A DNA stretch of 64,000 bases from Nitrososphaerota archaeon (GCA_027320175.1 DAHVLU010000024.1:16349-80348); one strand, 5' to 3'; counted from the first letter of the stretch, positions 46,033 to 54,741 are shown. The notes: generated by a model from the sequence alone, not told the origin. Numbers and translations: made by a program.

Positions 46033-46299
46033 ATGGAAGTGGTAACCGAATACGCTGACCAAAGGACAGAGCTCGAGGAGAAGATCAGGTCGCTCGAGGC
46101 CGAAAAAGCCTCGCTCCTTGCTGACGTCGCCTCCCTAAAGGAGAAGATAGCCACCTTCGAGCTGGAGAAGTCTGCCAACGCCCTCGAAAGCGAAGTGCAG
46201 GCCCTCCGGACGGAGAAGGCTGTCCTGGAAGAGAAGGCCGCTTCGTATGAAGCCGAAGCCGGCTACGCCCTTCCGCCCGTCGTAAGCGAAGGAGTATAG
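46033..46299 (+). CDS. Coiled-coil protein (88 aa)
   Basis: Heptad-like ELEEKIRSLEAEKASLLADVASLKEKIATFELEK... Confidence 0.5.
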   Translation: MEVVTEYADQRTELEEKIRSLEAEKASLLADVASLKEKIATFELEKSANALESEVQALRTEKAVLEEKAASYEAEAGYALPPVVSEGV

Positions 46300-46300
46300 G

Positions 46301-46726
46301 CTAGCGCAGCCTGGAAGCCTTCTGCTCGAGTTCGCCCTTTTCTTTTCTGAGATAAGCGACGAACTCCTCTAGGTCGGCCAACTTCGCCTGCAGGCGCTTC
46401 ATGTCGTTCTCCTTGGCCGCCCTGACCATCGAGCCTTCCATCTCCCTCTGCTGCTGGGCCATCCCCTGGACCTTGGTACTCAGATCCTCGTTCCCCTTCT
46501 TGACCGACGCGAGCTCGTCCTGAATGGACTTCAGCTGCTCCTCGGCGACGATCAGATACCTTTGCTTGCTGATCACCGTCGGGAACTTGGTCCCGCACTT
46601 CCCGCACGTGTACATCCCCACGCGCCTTTCGGTCATCCCCCGCTCTCCCTTGGCGGGCTCGACGATGACGTTGAAGGACCTCGTAGGGATCGCTTCCTTA
46701 TTCCCGCATTTCGGGCAGTTTGGCAA
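46301..46726 (-). CDS. Zinc-ribbon + coiled-coil protein
   Basis: CPKCGNKE...CGKCGTKF ribbon followed by a long coiled coil (EEQLKSIQDELASVKKGNEDL...). Confidence 0.6.
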   Translation of the reverse strand: MPNCPKCGNKEAIPTRSFNVIVEPAKGERGMTERRVGMYTCGKCGTKFPTVISKQRYLIVAEEQLKSIQDELASVKKGNEDLSTKVQGMAQQQREMEGSMVRAAKENDMKRLQAKLADLEEFVAYLRKEKGELEQKASRLR

Positions 46727-46801
46727 TCGCCCCTGCGTAGCATGAGAACGTGTTAAAGCTTTACGTGAATCGCGTTGAGGACACGGCCTCCGGGCCGCGC
46801 C

Positions 46802-47095
46802 CTACTGTTCTCTTATCGACTCGAGTTCTGACACCGCAGACCAGAGCGTCACCCTCGCGAACGAGGGCATGTTTGGGTCCTGGCCTACTTCGTCCAGTAG
46901 GCTGATGGCGTTGGCCGCCCTTACTGCCACGCTCTGCTTGACGTCCTGGAGCATCAGCACCGAGTCTTTGACAATCTTCCTGATGTTGCGCGGGGTGATG
47001 TTGGAGTCGGATATCTGCTGGAGGCCCACCACGGCCTTGGCGAGCTTCGCCTCGTTCTCCTGCTGCTTCTTCAGTTTGGCGCTCAACGAAAGAAC
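46802..47095 (-). CDS. UPF0147-family small helical protein
   Basis: ITPRNIRKIVKDSVLMLQD...VRAANAISLLDEVGQDPNMPSFARVTLWSAVSELE. TTG start at 47095; the track ORF extends further upstream. Confidence 0.6.
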   Translation of the reverse strand, partial: VLSLSAKLKKQQENEAKLAKAVVGLQQISDSNITPRNIRKIVKDSVLMLQDVKQSVAVRAANAISLLDEVGQDPNMPSFARVTLWSAVSELESIREQ

Positions 47096-47204
47096 ACTGA
47101 TTCGGGCGTGCTTCGATGCAGAGGGATTAAGTGCTTTTCGAATGCGGCCGTCTTTAATATCAGTCGGGCGGCGGGAAGACGCGTTGAGCGGCGCCAGGGA
47201 CAGG

Positions 47205-47516
47205 ATGAAGCTCGCAGCCGAGTTGGTGAGCAAGGGCGCCACGCTGCTGGCCGACCCGTGCCCCCAGGACGGAGGCGTGCAGGTCAGATACCGCGGCAAG
47301 GCCTACTGTACGGTCCATGACAACCTCTCGGGACTGACCAAGGCGGCCGCCGTCACCTATGAGGGCGTCGCCGCGCAGATGAGGGAAGTGGTCCTTGCGA
47401 GGCTGAACGATGCCGCAGCTGCACTGGGGACGGAGAAGGACCTCGCCAAACAGGAACAGCTCGTCACGCTCGCTGCGAAGTACCTCGAGCTGCTCCAGAA
47501 GCTTCCTCAGAAGTAG
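47205..47516 (+). CDS. UPF0148 / Sjogren-scleroderma autoantigen-1-like small protein
   Basis: MKLAAELVSKGATLLADPCPQDGGVQVRYRGKAYCTVH..., only the last 103 codons of track ORF 46869-47516. Confidence 0.55.
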   Translation: MKLAAELVSKGATLLADPCPQDGGVQVRYRGKAYCTVHDNLSGLTKAAAVTYEGVAAQMREVVLARLNDAAAALGTEKDLAKQEQLVTLAAKYLELLQKLPQK

Positions 47517-47548
47517 GCCTTAAATCAGAACCTCGGTACTTCCTCGTC

Positions 47549-48028
47549 GTGGTCCTCAGGCTAGGCCAGAAGGCCCCGGACTTTTCTCTGCCTGATTTTG
47601 ATAGAAAGAACAGGACCCTCGGCGAGTTCACCCGGCAGGGGACGGTGGTCCTCGCCTTCTTCCCCTTCGCATTCTCCGGCGTCTGTGACAAGGAGATGTG
47701 CGTCTTCAGGGACGGGTTTGGGGCCCTCCAGCAAGCCAACGCGCGGCTCGTGGGCGTGAGCGTCGACAGCTCGTTCTCACTCAAGGCGTTCGCCCAGACC
47801 TACAACCTCCAGTTCCCGCTGCTGAGCGACTTCAACAAGAGGGTCACGAAGCTCTACGGCGTCCTCCAGGACCCGTGGGTCGGCCTTGGATACAAGGGGG
47901 TGGCGAAGCGTTCGACCTTCGTGATCGACAGGAAGGGGACCCTCCGACACCGGTGGGTGACCGACGTCCCTTCGGAAGAGCCGCCATATTCAGAGGTAGT
48001 GAAGGCGGTCCGGAAACTAGCTTCGTGA
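47549..48028 (+). CDS. Peroxiredoxin (AhpC/TSA/Bcp family)
   Basis: GQKAPDFSLPD, VVLAFFPFAFSGVCDKEM (peroxidatic Cys context). Confidence 0.85.
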   Translation: MVLRLGQKAPDFSLPDFDRKNRTLGEFTRQGTVVLAFFPFAFSGVCDKEMCVFRDGFGALQQANARLVGVSVDSSFSLKAFAQTYNLQFPLLSDFNKRVTKLYGVLQDPWVGLGYKGVAKRSTFVIDRKGTLRHRWVTDVPSEEPPYSEVVKAVRKLAS

Positions 48029-48069
48029 GATGTGGGTTTTTATACGGGCGAGGGGTTTCAGCGTCCAGA

Positions 48070-48426
48070 TTGAGCCAGGGGACCGAGATCAAGCCGATAG
48101 TGCAGCTCACTCCGAAGGCGTCGGAGGAGCTGAAGGTCTACCTCGAGAAGCAGGGTAAGCCAGCGGCCGCCCTCAGGATATTCGTGACGGCGGGCGGATG
48201 CTCTGGCCTGTCCTATGGCATGGTGGTGGACGAGAAGTTCTCCGATGACGATTACGTGATCGATGTGGGAGGCGCGAGGGTCGTCGTCGACAGGTCCAGC
48301 GCTCCGTTCATCGCGGGGTCGACCGTCGACTACCGGTCGGAGAAGCTCATGGGCGGGGGGTTCGTCGTCAGCAACCCCAACGCCGTTTCCACCTGCGGCT
48401 GCGGCGAGTCTTTCAAGACGGCCTAG
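48070..48426 (+). CDS. Iron-sulfur cluster insertion protein (IscA/ErpA/HesB family)
   Basis: LRIFVTAGGCSGLSYGM...NPNAVSTCGCGESF. TTG start ~28 nt after TATA TTTTTATAC. Track ORF 47698-48426 is an over-extension. Confidence 0.85.
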   Translation: MSQGTEIKPIVQLTPKASEELKVYLEKQGKPAAALRIFVTAGGCSGLSYGMVVDEKFSDDDYVIDVGGARVVVDRSSAPFIAGSTVDYRSEKLMGGGFVVSNPNAVSTCGCGESFKTA

Positions 48427-48500
48427 GGCCGTACGGCCCGGGCGTCTCCAAAGAGGCGTGCATCCGCCTCGCAGGGCCTAAGTTGGTCTGGGGTCGATTG

Positions 48501-48631
48501 TGGCGCCGGGGGTAGGATTCGAACCCACGCGACCCGAAGGTCACGGGCTGACTGGTCTTTTGATCTCGAGTTGCGGATCCGCTTCGGAGCCAAGCGGGTT
48601 GCCCGCGCATTAACCACTCTGCCACCCCGGC
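48501..48631 (-). tRNA. tRNA-Ser: Type-II (long variable arm) tRNA, probably tRNA-Ser, with about 45 nt of intervening sequence in the anticodon arm
   Basis: Acceptor GCCGGGG/CCCCGGC, discriminator G plus CCA, D arm GCA-GAGTGGTTAA-TGC, variable arm GACC-TTCG-GGTC, T arm GTGGG-TTCGAAT-CCTAC. There are 52 nt between CGGGC and GCCCG instead of 7. The best canonical loop inside is CTCGAGA (anticodon CGA). Confidence 0.7.
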
Positions 48632-48658
48632 CCGAGGGAAGGGCGTGGCAGTCCACTA

Positions 48659-49405
48659 TTATCTCTTTGAGCTCGGCCGCCTGTGCGCCAAGGTCCTCGT
48701 CAGGAACCGCGTTGTGAACCCCCACGCCTCCTCCGCGGCCCGACGGTCGTATCGGTCCTTCATCGTCTGATTGAAGAAGTCGTGCTGGGTGTTCGGGAGG
48801 GTCTTCACCGTCAGGTCAACCCCGCGGTTCAGGGCCGCGTCCACAAATGGGGGCATCAGGGGGTTCATCAGGTCGTCGTGGCTGGCGCATATCGCGAGCA
48901 TGGGCGCCGTGGCCCCCATGGGGCTCCGGAGCTTGGGCGGCTCCGCACAATACGCGACCGCCGAGTCGGGGTGGCCCCGTTGGGTCGCCGAAGTCAGCGA
49001 GAGGCCGCCCCCCAAGGAAAACCCCAGGGTAGCCACGCGTCCGTACCTCGACCTCGCGTCGTGGATGGCGTCCATGGTGATTTCAACCAGCCCGTCCCTG
49101 AAGTCCCGGTCATACATGACTGCCAGGACCTCCAGGTCGGTAGCGTCCGCCCCTTTCTTGTCGGCCTCGGCCGCCACCCTCTTCTTGTCGCGCCGCTCCT
49201 TCAGAGACAGGTCCCACACCACGTCCATCGCGCTTCGGATGTTGCGGGGGGTGAGGAGCTGTTCGTGCCCTTCGTAGAGGGACGGCGTGGTGGTTGCAAA
49301 TCCGAGTTTGCCGAGCCGTTTGCAGGCGCTCTCAATGTTCGAGTCCGGCCCCCAGACCTCGTGCAGCACCACGACGCAGCCCGCGCCACCCTCCTTGGCA
49401 GCCAA
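48659..49405 (-). CDS. Dienelactone hydrolase family protein
   Basis: GCVVVLHEVWG, nucleophile elbow GFSLGG, C-terminal His region TQHDF. Confidence 0.8.
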   Translation of the reverse strand: MAAKEGGAGCVVVLHEVWGPDSNIESACKRLGKLGFATTTPSLYEGHEQLLTPRNIRSAMDVVWDLSLKERRDKKRVAAEADKKGADATDLEVLAVMYDRDFRDGLVEITMDAIHDARSRYGRVATLGFSLGGGLSLTSATQRGHPDSAVAYCAEPPKLRSPMGATAPMLAICASHDDLMNPLMPPFVDAALNRGVDLTVKTLPNTQHDFFNQTMKDRYDRRAAEEAWGFTTRFLTRTLAHRRPSSKR

Positions 49406-49466
49406 CGGGTTGGGCCTTGGGCAAGCGCTTGTTTAAATCGAATGAGGGCTCAGGTGCGCTTCAATC

Positions 49467-49910
49467 ATGAAGGTCGCTCTCGTCTGGTCTTCTCCATCCC
49501 CCGAGAGGACCATTGCGGTCGCCATGAGGCGGTGCTATAGCACCAAGACCATCGAAGAGATTGAGTCGGAGCTCGAGCAGAAGGGCCCCGACTACTGGAA
49601 GTACCTCCTTACCAAGGCGATGCAAGACAAGTCGCTCGACGTCCTCGAACACTTCACGCTGACGCTGCTGCTCGAAAACGCGGGAGACTCGGAGGCGGGC
49701 GTGCTCGCGCGCAGCTTCCCGTATCTGCGGATGACCGGGCTCTCTCGGGGCGGATGGCTGGTTTCGCTCAACGCCAGGACGCTGGTAGAACTCTGGCGGA
49801 GCCCCGCGGGGAAGGCTCTCGCTGAGCTCGTGGTCTCCGAGCTGGACGCCAAGGGTGTCTGCCCCGTCTTCAACGAGGTCGCTTTCGGGGTCAGGGTCCA
49901 TGCGAGTTAA
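49467..49910 (+). CDS. ThyX-like protein, degenerate (lacks RHR/Ser-Arg signature)
   Basis: MKVALVWSSPSPERTIAVAMRRCYS...DVLEHFTLTLLLEN resembles the ThyX N-terminal half. No RHRxxS motif. Leaderless-type TATA at ~49432. Confidence 0.55.
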   Translation: MKVALVWSSPSPERTIAVAMRRCYSTKTIEEIESELEQKGPDYWKYLLTKAMQDKSLDVLEHFTLTLLLENAGDSEAGVLARSFPYLRMTGLSRGGWLVSLNARTLVELWRSPAGKALAELVVSELDAKGVCPVFNEVAFGVRVHAS

Positions 49911-50430
49911 GCTCCTCTACAACACAGATTTCGGCAGCGTCAAGCGGGTCTTCTTCGAGAGGGGCGGCCCCGTCGATCCCGAAGCGATGCTCGACCACGT
50001 CGTGTACATGTTCGAGATAGAAGACTGCAGCAGGGTCACGACCCACCAGCTCGTCCGCCACAGGGTCGTCTCCTACGACCAGGAGTCCCAGCGCTTCTCC
50101 GCGGCGACCAGAGAGGGCATGGTGACGCCCCCCAGCATCTCATCTAACGAGGCCGCCTACAAGGCCTACGACGATGCCCTGAAGGCGGTCTACGCCGCCT
50201 ATGAGAAGATGATCGCCATGGGGGTTCCCAAGGAGGACGCCAGGTACGTCCTCCCCAGTGCGATCAAGACGAAGCTGGTCATGACGCTCAGCGCCAGGAG
50301 CCTGATGCACATGGTCTGGCAGAGGACCGCCCTCCAGGCCCAGTGGGAGATCAGAGAACTTGCGACCGCGCTCCACTCCCTGGCCAAAGAAGCGACCCCC
50401 GAGCTCTGGACCAAAATCATAGAGAGATAG
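49900..50430 (+). CDS. thyX: FAD-dependent thymidylate synthase ThyX
   Basis: Exact ThyX signature RHRVVSYDQESQRFS. SARSLMHMVWQRTALQAQWEIRELA. Confidence 0.85.
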   Translation: MRVKLLYNTDFGSVKRVFFERGGPVDPEAMLDHVVYMFEIEDCSRVTTHQLVRHRVVSYDQESQRFSAATREGMVTPPSISSNEAAYKAYDDALKAVYAAYEKMIAMGVPKEDARYVLPSAIKTKLVMTLSARSLMHMVWQRTALQAQWEIRELATALHSLAKEATPELWTKIIER

Positions 50431-50432
50431 AG

Positions 50433-51764
50433 TTGGTCAAGGCCTTCGGCACGGCTGGCGTCAGAGGGGTCTTCAACAAGACTCAGACCCCAGAACAGGT
50501 CTACCGTCTCGCCGAGGCCATCGCCTTCGCCTCGGGGAAGGGCCGCTATGGGATAGGGTGGGACGGCCGGAAGGCGTCGGCCCTCCTGGCCAGGACGGTG
50601 ATGGCTGCCGTGAACGCTGTCGGAAGCGATGCCGACGTGTTCGGGCTGGTCCCCACCCCGGTGCTCGCGTTCGGGACGCGGTCGAGAAAGTGTCTTGTCG
50701 GGTTCTCCGTGACTGCCTCTCACAACCCCGCGGAGTTCTCCGGGGTCAAGGTGTTCAACAGGGAGGGCATGGAGCTCCCGAAGTCAGATGAGGAAAGGAT
50801 TGAGCGGGCGATGGGTGTGGACGTGATGAAACCCTCCGGGGCCTTCGGCCAGGTAATCCCCGACGAAGACGTGGTGGACGAGTACATCGCCGGCGTGGTC
50901 TCCCGCTATCCGAGGGCCCCCCAGCCCCTCCGCATAGCCATCGACTGCGCCAGCGGCCCGGGCGGGCTGGTCACCCCCGCGATTCTGAAGGCGTTGGGCC
51001 ACCAAGTGATCCCGGTCAACGCCCAGGTGTCTTGGCGCTTCCCGGCGAGGCCCCCCGAACCCACAGCCTCGAACCTCGCCGACTTCGCCGCCATGATCCC
51101 CACCCTCGGTGTGGACTTCGCGTTCGCCCACGACGGCGACGCGGACCGGCTCGTGATGATCGATGCCTTCGGCGGTGTCGTCCCCGACTCGATACTCACC
51201 ATCCTGGCTCTGCGCGGTCTGGGCCTCGGCTCGGGGACGGCTGTGATCTCCGAGAACACCTCCACCGCCGTGGCCGAGGAAGCAGAAAGGCTGGGTCTGA
51301 AGGTCCAGCGGAGCCGGGTCGGCAAGACTTTCGCCGTCCTCGCTGCCGAGGGGGGTGTTTTCGCGGCCGAGCCGAGCAAGGTGGTCGACCCGGGGTGGGG
51401 GCTGTGGGAGGACGGCATCAACGCGGCCGCCCTGATTTCGACCCTCCTTTCGTCTGATCGCGGGGTGCTGGGGCGGGTCATGCAGGAGGTCCAGTGGAGG
51501 TTCAGGCAGACCAACCTCAGGGTTCCGGTGAAGATGGATGCGCTCGTCCCTCGCGCCACCGAGGCGTTCAAGAAGTTCAGAATTTCAGAGGAGAGGTCCC
51601 TCGACGGCCTGAAGCTGGTGATGAGCGACGGGTCCTGGGTGATGTTCAGGCCCTCCGGCACGGAGCCGATAACGCGGCTGTACTGCGAGTCCAAGGACCC
51701 CCAGGTGCTCGAGGCCTTCGTCCAGCTGGGCTCTCAGTGCGTAGAAGCCTCTAATACGCCGTAG
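50433..51764 (+). CDS. Phosphoglucomutase/phosphomannomutase-family (GlmM-like) enzyme
   Basis: FGTAGVRGV, phosphoserine loop SVTASHNPAEFSGVK, metal loop FAHDGDADR. TTG start just after the thyX stop. Confidence 0.85.
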   Translation: MVKAFGTAGVRGVFNKTQTPEQVYRLAEAIAFASGKGRYGIGWDGRKASALLARTVMAAVNAVGSDADVFGLVPTPVLAFGTRSRKCLVGFSVTASHNPAEFSGVKVFNREGMELPKSDEERIERAMGVDVMKPSGAFGQVIPDEDVVDEYIAGVVSRYPRAPQPLRIAIDCASGPGGLVTPAILKALGHQVIPVNAQVSWRFPARPPEPTASNLADFAAMIPTLGVDFAFAHDGDADRLVMIDAFGGVVPDSILTILALRGLGLGSGTAVISENTSTAVAEEAERLGLKVQRSRVGKTFAVLAAEGGVFAAEPSKVVDPGWGLWEDGINAAALISTLLSSDRGVLGRVMQEVQWRFRQTNLRVPVKMDALVPRATEAFKKFRISEERSLDGLKLVMSDGSWVMFRPSGTEPITRLYCESKDPQVLEAFVQLGSQCVEASNTP

Positions 51765-51780
51765 AGGTTTCGGGCGTCGG

Positions 51781-53247
51781 ATGTCAGATTCGAAGGCCGT
51801 CGCGCGGGTGCTGGCGTCTGGTTACATGCTCGATGCCAAAGCCTTCGAGATGATCAGCTCGCTCCCGCCGGGCGCCGATGAAGGGGTGGTTGAGAGACTC
51901 CTCGAACAGAAAGCAAGCGCCATGGGAGAGGCGCGGCGCATCACAGTGAACGATGTCGCGAAGCTGATGCCCCGGGATGCTCCTCGCGTTCAGGAGAGGG
52001 TCACCGTGGATGAGCCTGCTCAGGTCGAGGTGCTGTCCGACCCCACCCCCGCCATCGCTCCCGTGGAGGGGGTCGAAGGGTTCGGGAAGCTGTTCCATGA
52101 CAGATACCAGCGTCTCTTTTCGATTGTGAAGGAACGGCTAGACACCAAGAACAGCGGGAGTGTATCGGCGGCGAAGAGCCTGGCTCCGGGCAAGAAGGTC
52201 AGGGTCGCTGGGCTGCTCGCCGACCGCTCCAGCAGGCGCGGGGTCGTAGAGCTCCGTGTCGACGACCCGACGGGGTCCCTCAAGGTAGTCTGCCAGGATG
52301 CGCTCGTGGAGAAGGCTGCGTTGGAAGCGCCTCTGGACAGCATGGTGGTGGTCGAGGTCAGCAGAGGCAAGTCGGGGGGCCTGTACACCGACTCGGTGGT
52401 CCTTCCTGATTTGCCCGGGCGCCGGGTCGTTTCTACCTCTCGTCATGTCTACGCGGTCCTCCTCTCCGACCTGCACATAGGGAGCAGGATGTTCCTCGCG
52501 GACGACTTTCACAGGTTCCTGATGTGGCTCAACGGGAACCTTGGGGACAGGGACGTTGTCAGCCGGATCAAGTACTTGGTGATAGCTGGCGACCTCGTCG
52601 ACGGCGTAGGCGTCTACCCCGGCCAGGAGTTCCAGCTGGCCGAGCGGAATCCGATGAAACAGTATGAAATGGCTGCCGACCTGCTCAAACAGGTCCCTGG
52701 GCACATCCAGATAGTACTGTCCCCGGGGAACCACGATGTGGTCAGGCAGGCGCTCCCCCAGCCCGCGGTGTCCGTGGACATGGCCGAGTCGCTGTACGCC
52801 ATGACCAACGTCAGGTGGGTCGGCGACCCTGCATATGTCAAGTTGCATGGTGTTACGTTCCTGATCTACCATGGGAAGAGCCTCGACGATGTGATTGCCA
52901 CGACGCCAAACCTCGCCTACGACCGGCCCACAGACGCCATGAAGCTCCTCCTCAAGGCGAGGCACCTCGCCCCCACCTATGGGAAGCGGACGGCGCTCTC
53001 CCCGGAGCTCCGTGACTACCTCGTCGTGGACCAGGTGCCAGACGTCTTCCATGTTGGGCACGTCCACACCTACGGCGAACTCTCCTATCGGGGCACCCTC
53101 ATGGTCAACTCAGGGACGTGGCAGGCCCAGACCAGCTTCCAGTCCAACATGGGCCTCGAGCCGACCCCTAGCATCGTCCCAGTCGTAGACCTCTCGAACC
53201 TCCAGGTGCTTAGGCGGAACTTCGGCGCCGCCGGGTTCTCCCCGTAG
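51781..53247 (+). CDS. DNA polymerase II (PolD) small subunit DP1
   Basis: OB-fold middle region plus calcineurin-like phosphoesterase motifs (LLSDLHIGS, IAGDLVDGVGVYPGQ, SPGNHD, GHVH). Confidence 0.9.
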   Translation: MSDSKAVARVLASGYMLDAKAFEMISSLPPGADEGVVERLLEQKASAMGEARRITVNDVAKLMPRDAPRVQERVTVDEPAQVEVLSDPTPAIAPVEGVEGFGKLFHDRYQRLFSIVKERLDTKNSGSVSAAKSLAPGKKVRVAGLLADRSSRRGVVELRVDDPTGSLKVVCQDALVEKAALEAPLDSMVVVEVSRGKSGGLYTDSVVLPDLPGRRVVSTSRHVYAVLLSDLHIGSRMFLADDFHRFLMWLNGNLGDRDVVSRIKYLVIAGDLVDGVGVYPGQEFQLAERNPMKQYEMAADLLKQVPGHIQIVLSPGNHDVVRQALPQPAVSVDMAESLYAMTNVRWVGDPAYVKLHGVTFLIYHGKSLDDVIATTPNLAYDRPTDAMKLLLKARHLAPTYGKRTALSPELRDYLVVDQVPDVFHVGHVHTYGELSYRGTLMVNSGTWQAQTSFQSNMGLEPTPSIVPVVDLSNLQVLRRNFGAAGFSP

Positions 53248-54441
53248 TCAGGCTGCCGCTTCGAAGGCCGGGTCCTCGGACAGCGTCTTCGAGAGCATGT
53301 CCCTGCCAATCAGGAGTTGTATCTTCTTCGTCCTTCCCCGCCGCCCCTTGCTGACCACCGACGCCTCCACCAGCCCCAGCAGGTCCAGGTCCCCGAGTAT
53401 CCCGCTCATCCGCCTCTGGGTGAGCGTCTCAATGCCGAGCTTCTTGCAGACGTTGCTATAGGCCAGATACAGCTCGCCTGTGTTCGTCCCTCCGTCGAAC
53501 CTGGAAACGGCGTAGAGGATCGCCTTGTTCTGCACCGGGAGGGACCGAATCGCCTCGTCCACCCTGTCGACCTCCATCTTGGCGGACGCCTGCCTGATGC
53601 AGGTGTCGTCGATCTCCTTCAGGCCTTCTCGCTCGGCGACCTCGCCTGCGATGCGCAGAAGGTCTATTGCCCTGCGCGCGTCCCCGTGCTCCGACCCCGC
53701 CATGGCTGCGCAGAGGTTGATCGCTGCGGCCGAGGCGACTGAGGGCCTGAACGCGACCCCCGCCCTTTCCTTGAGTATGTCCCTCAGTTCGTCGACCGTG
53801 TACGGTGGGAAGATGAGCTCCTCTTCGCTGAGGCTGCTGAGGACCCGCGGGTCGAGTCCCTCCTTGAACTTCAGGTCGTTGGATATGCCTACCATCGCGA
53901 GGAAGCCGGGGGAGAGCTTGCTCCCCGAGCGCGTGAAGGCGTAGAGTATGTCGTCTCCGAAGAGCTTGACCATGTAGTCGATTTCGTCGAGAACCAGAAC
54001 CACCTTCTTCTTGTTCGTCTTGATGTTTTCGAAGATCCGGTCCACGACCTCCCCTATGGCCAGACCTGTGAGAGGTATCTGCTTCTCCTTGCCCAGGTCG
54101 AGGAACCGGGCGAAGTCCGCAAGGGTCCGGTACTCCCCGTCCGCCAGCCGGGTGTTGACGTAGGCCAGGACCAAGTTCTGGTTGTTCGCTTCGGCCTTGA
54201 GCTTCTCCAGGACGTAGTTCGCCACCGCGGTCTTCCCCGTGCCAGTCTTGCCGTAGAGGAGGAGGTTGGACGGCTTCGACCCTCTGAGGATGGGCGCCAA
54301 TATCTGAGCGACGGCCCGGGTCTGCGGGTCTCTGAAGGGGAGGTGCTTCGGGACGTAGTCGGGGCTGAGGGCCTCCCTGTTGACGAAAAGGGGTCGGCCT
54401 TCCTTCGCCCTGCGAAATATCTCGTCGATGTCTCCCGGCAA
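53248..54441 (-). CDS. cdc6: Orc1/Cdc6 replication initiator
   Basis: LLLYGKTGTGKTAV (Walker A), VLVLDEIDY (Walker B), C-terminal winged helix (MSGILGDLDLLGLV). Confidence 0.9.
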   Translation of the reverse strand: MPGDIDEIFRRAKEGRPLFVNREALSPDYVPKHLPFRDPQTRAVAQILAPILRGSKPSNLLLYGKTGTGKTAVANYVLEKLKAEANNQNLVLAYVNTRLADGEYRTLADFARFLDLGKEKQIPLTGLAIGEVVDRIFENIKTNKKKVVLVLDEIDYMVKLFGDDILYAFTRSGSKLSPGFLAMVGISNDLKFKEGLDPRVLSSLSEEELIFPPYTVDELRDILKERAGVAFRPSVASAAAINLCAAMAGSEHGDARRAIDLLRIAGEVAEREGLKEIDDTCIRQASAKMEVDRVDEAIRSLPVQNKAILYAVSRFDGGTNTGELYLAYSNVCKKLGIETLTQRRMSGILGDLDLLGLVEASVVSKGRRGRTKKIQLLIGRDMLSKTLSEDPAFEAAA

Positions 54442-54448
54442 GTGTTGT

Positions 54449-54459
54449 ACAGTGGAAAC
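54449..54459. promoter_or_regulatory. Mini-ORB-like element (ACAGTGGAAAC) immediately upstream of orc1/cdc6
   Basis: Matches the CAGTGGAAAC core of the three ORBs at 56.6 kb and lies 8-18 nt upstream of the cdc6 start. Confidence 0.45.
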
Positions 54460-54606
54460 ACTGGTCTAGATAGTCTTTGCGCCGGCGCCCCCGGCGAGGG
54501 TATGTTTTCTGACGGAGTTATGCGCGATTGTTGAGTATAATGGGAGAATGCTCTGGTATTCTTGATGAAAAGGCGGAACTAGTGTTGATGCAAACTGGCA
54601 CCGACC

Positions 54607-54741
54607 ATGACAATCGACGAAAGGGTCCGGGTCGGGCTGCTGCTGGGCTCCTTGGCCGTCTCGGCGTTCGCCGGGCTCGCCGCCGCCCACGGCATGTACC
54701 TTGGATTCCTGGATGGGATAGGCGGGACGACCCCTACCTAG
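54607..54741 (+). CDS. Possible small membrane protein (44 aa)
   Basis: MTIDERVRVGLLLGSLAVSAFAGLAAAHG... has one TM and G/C-ending codons. Followed by a hairpin plus T-tract. Confidence 0.35.
   Translation: MTIDERVRVGLLLGSLAVSAFAGLAAAHGMYLGFLDGIGGTTPT

Noticed and set aside
47698-48069. N-terminal 124 codons of track ORF 47698-48426
   Set aside because: This part overlaps the peroxiredoxin gene out of frame. The IscA-like domain begins at TTG 48070, ~28 nt after a TATA box.
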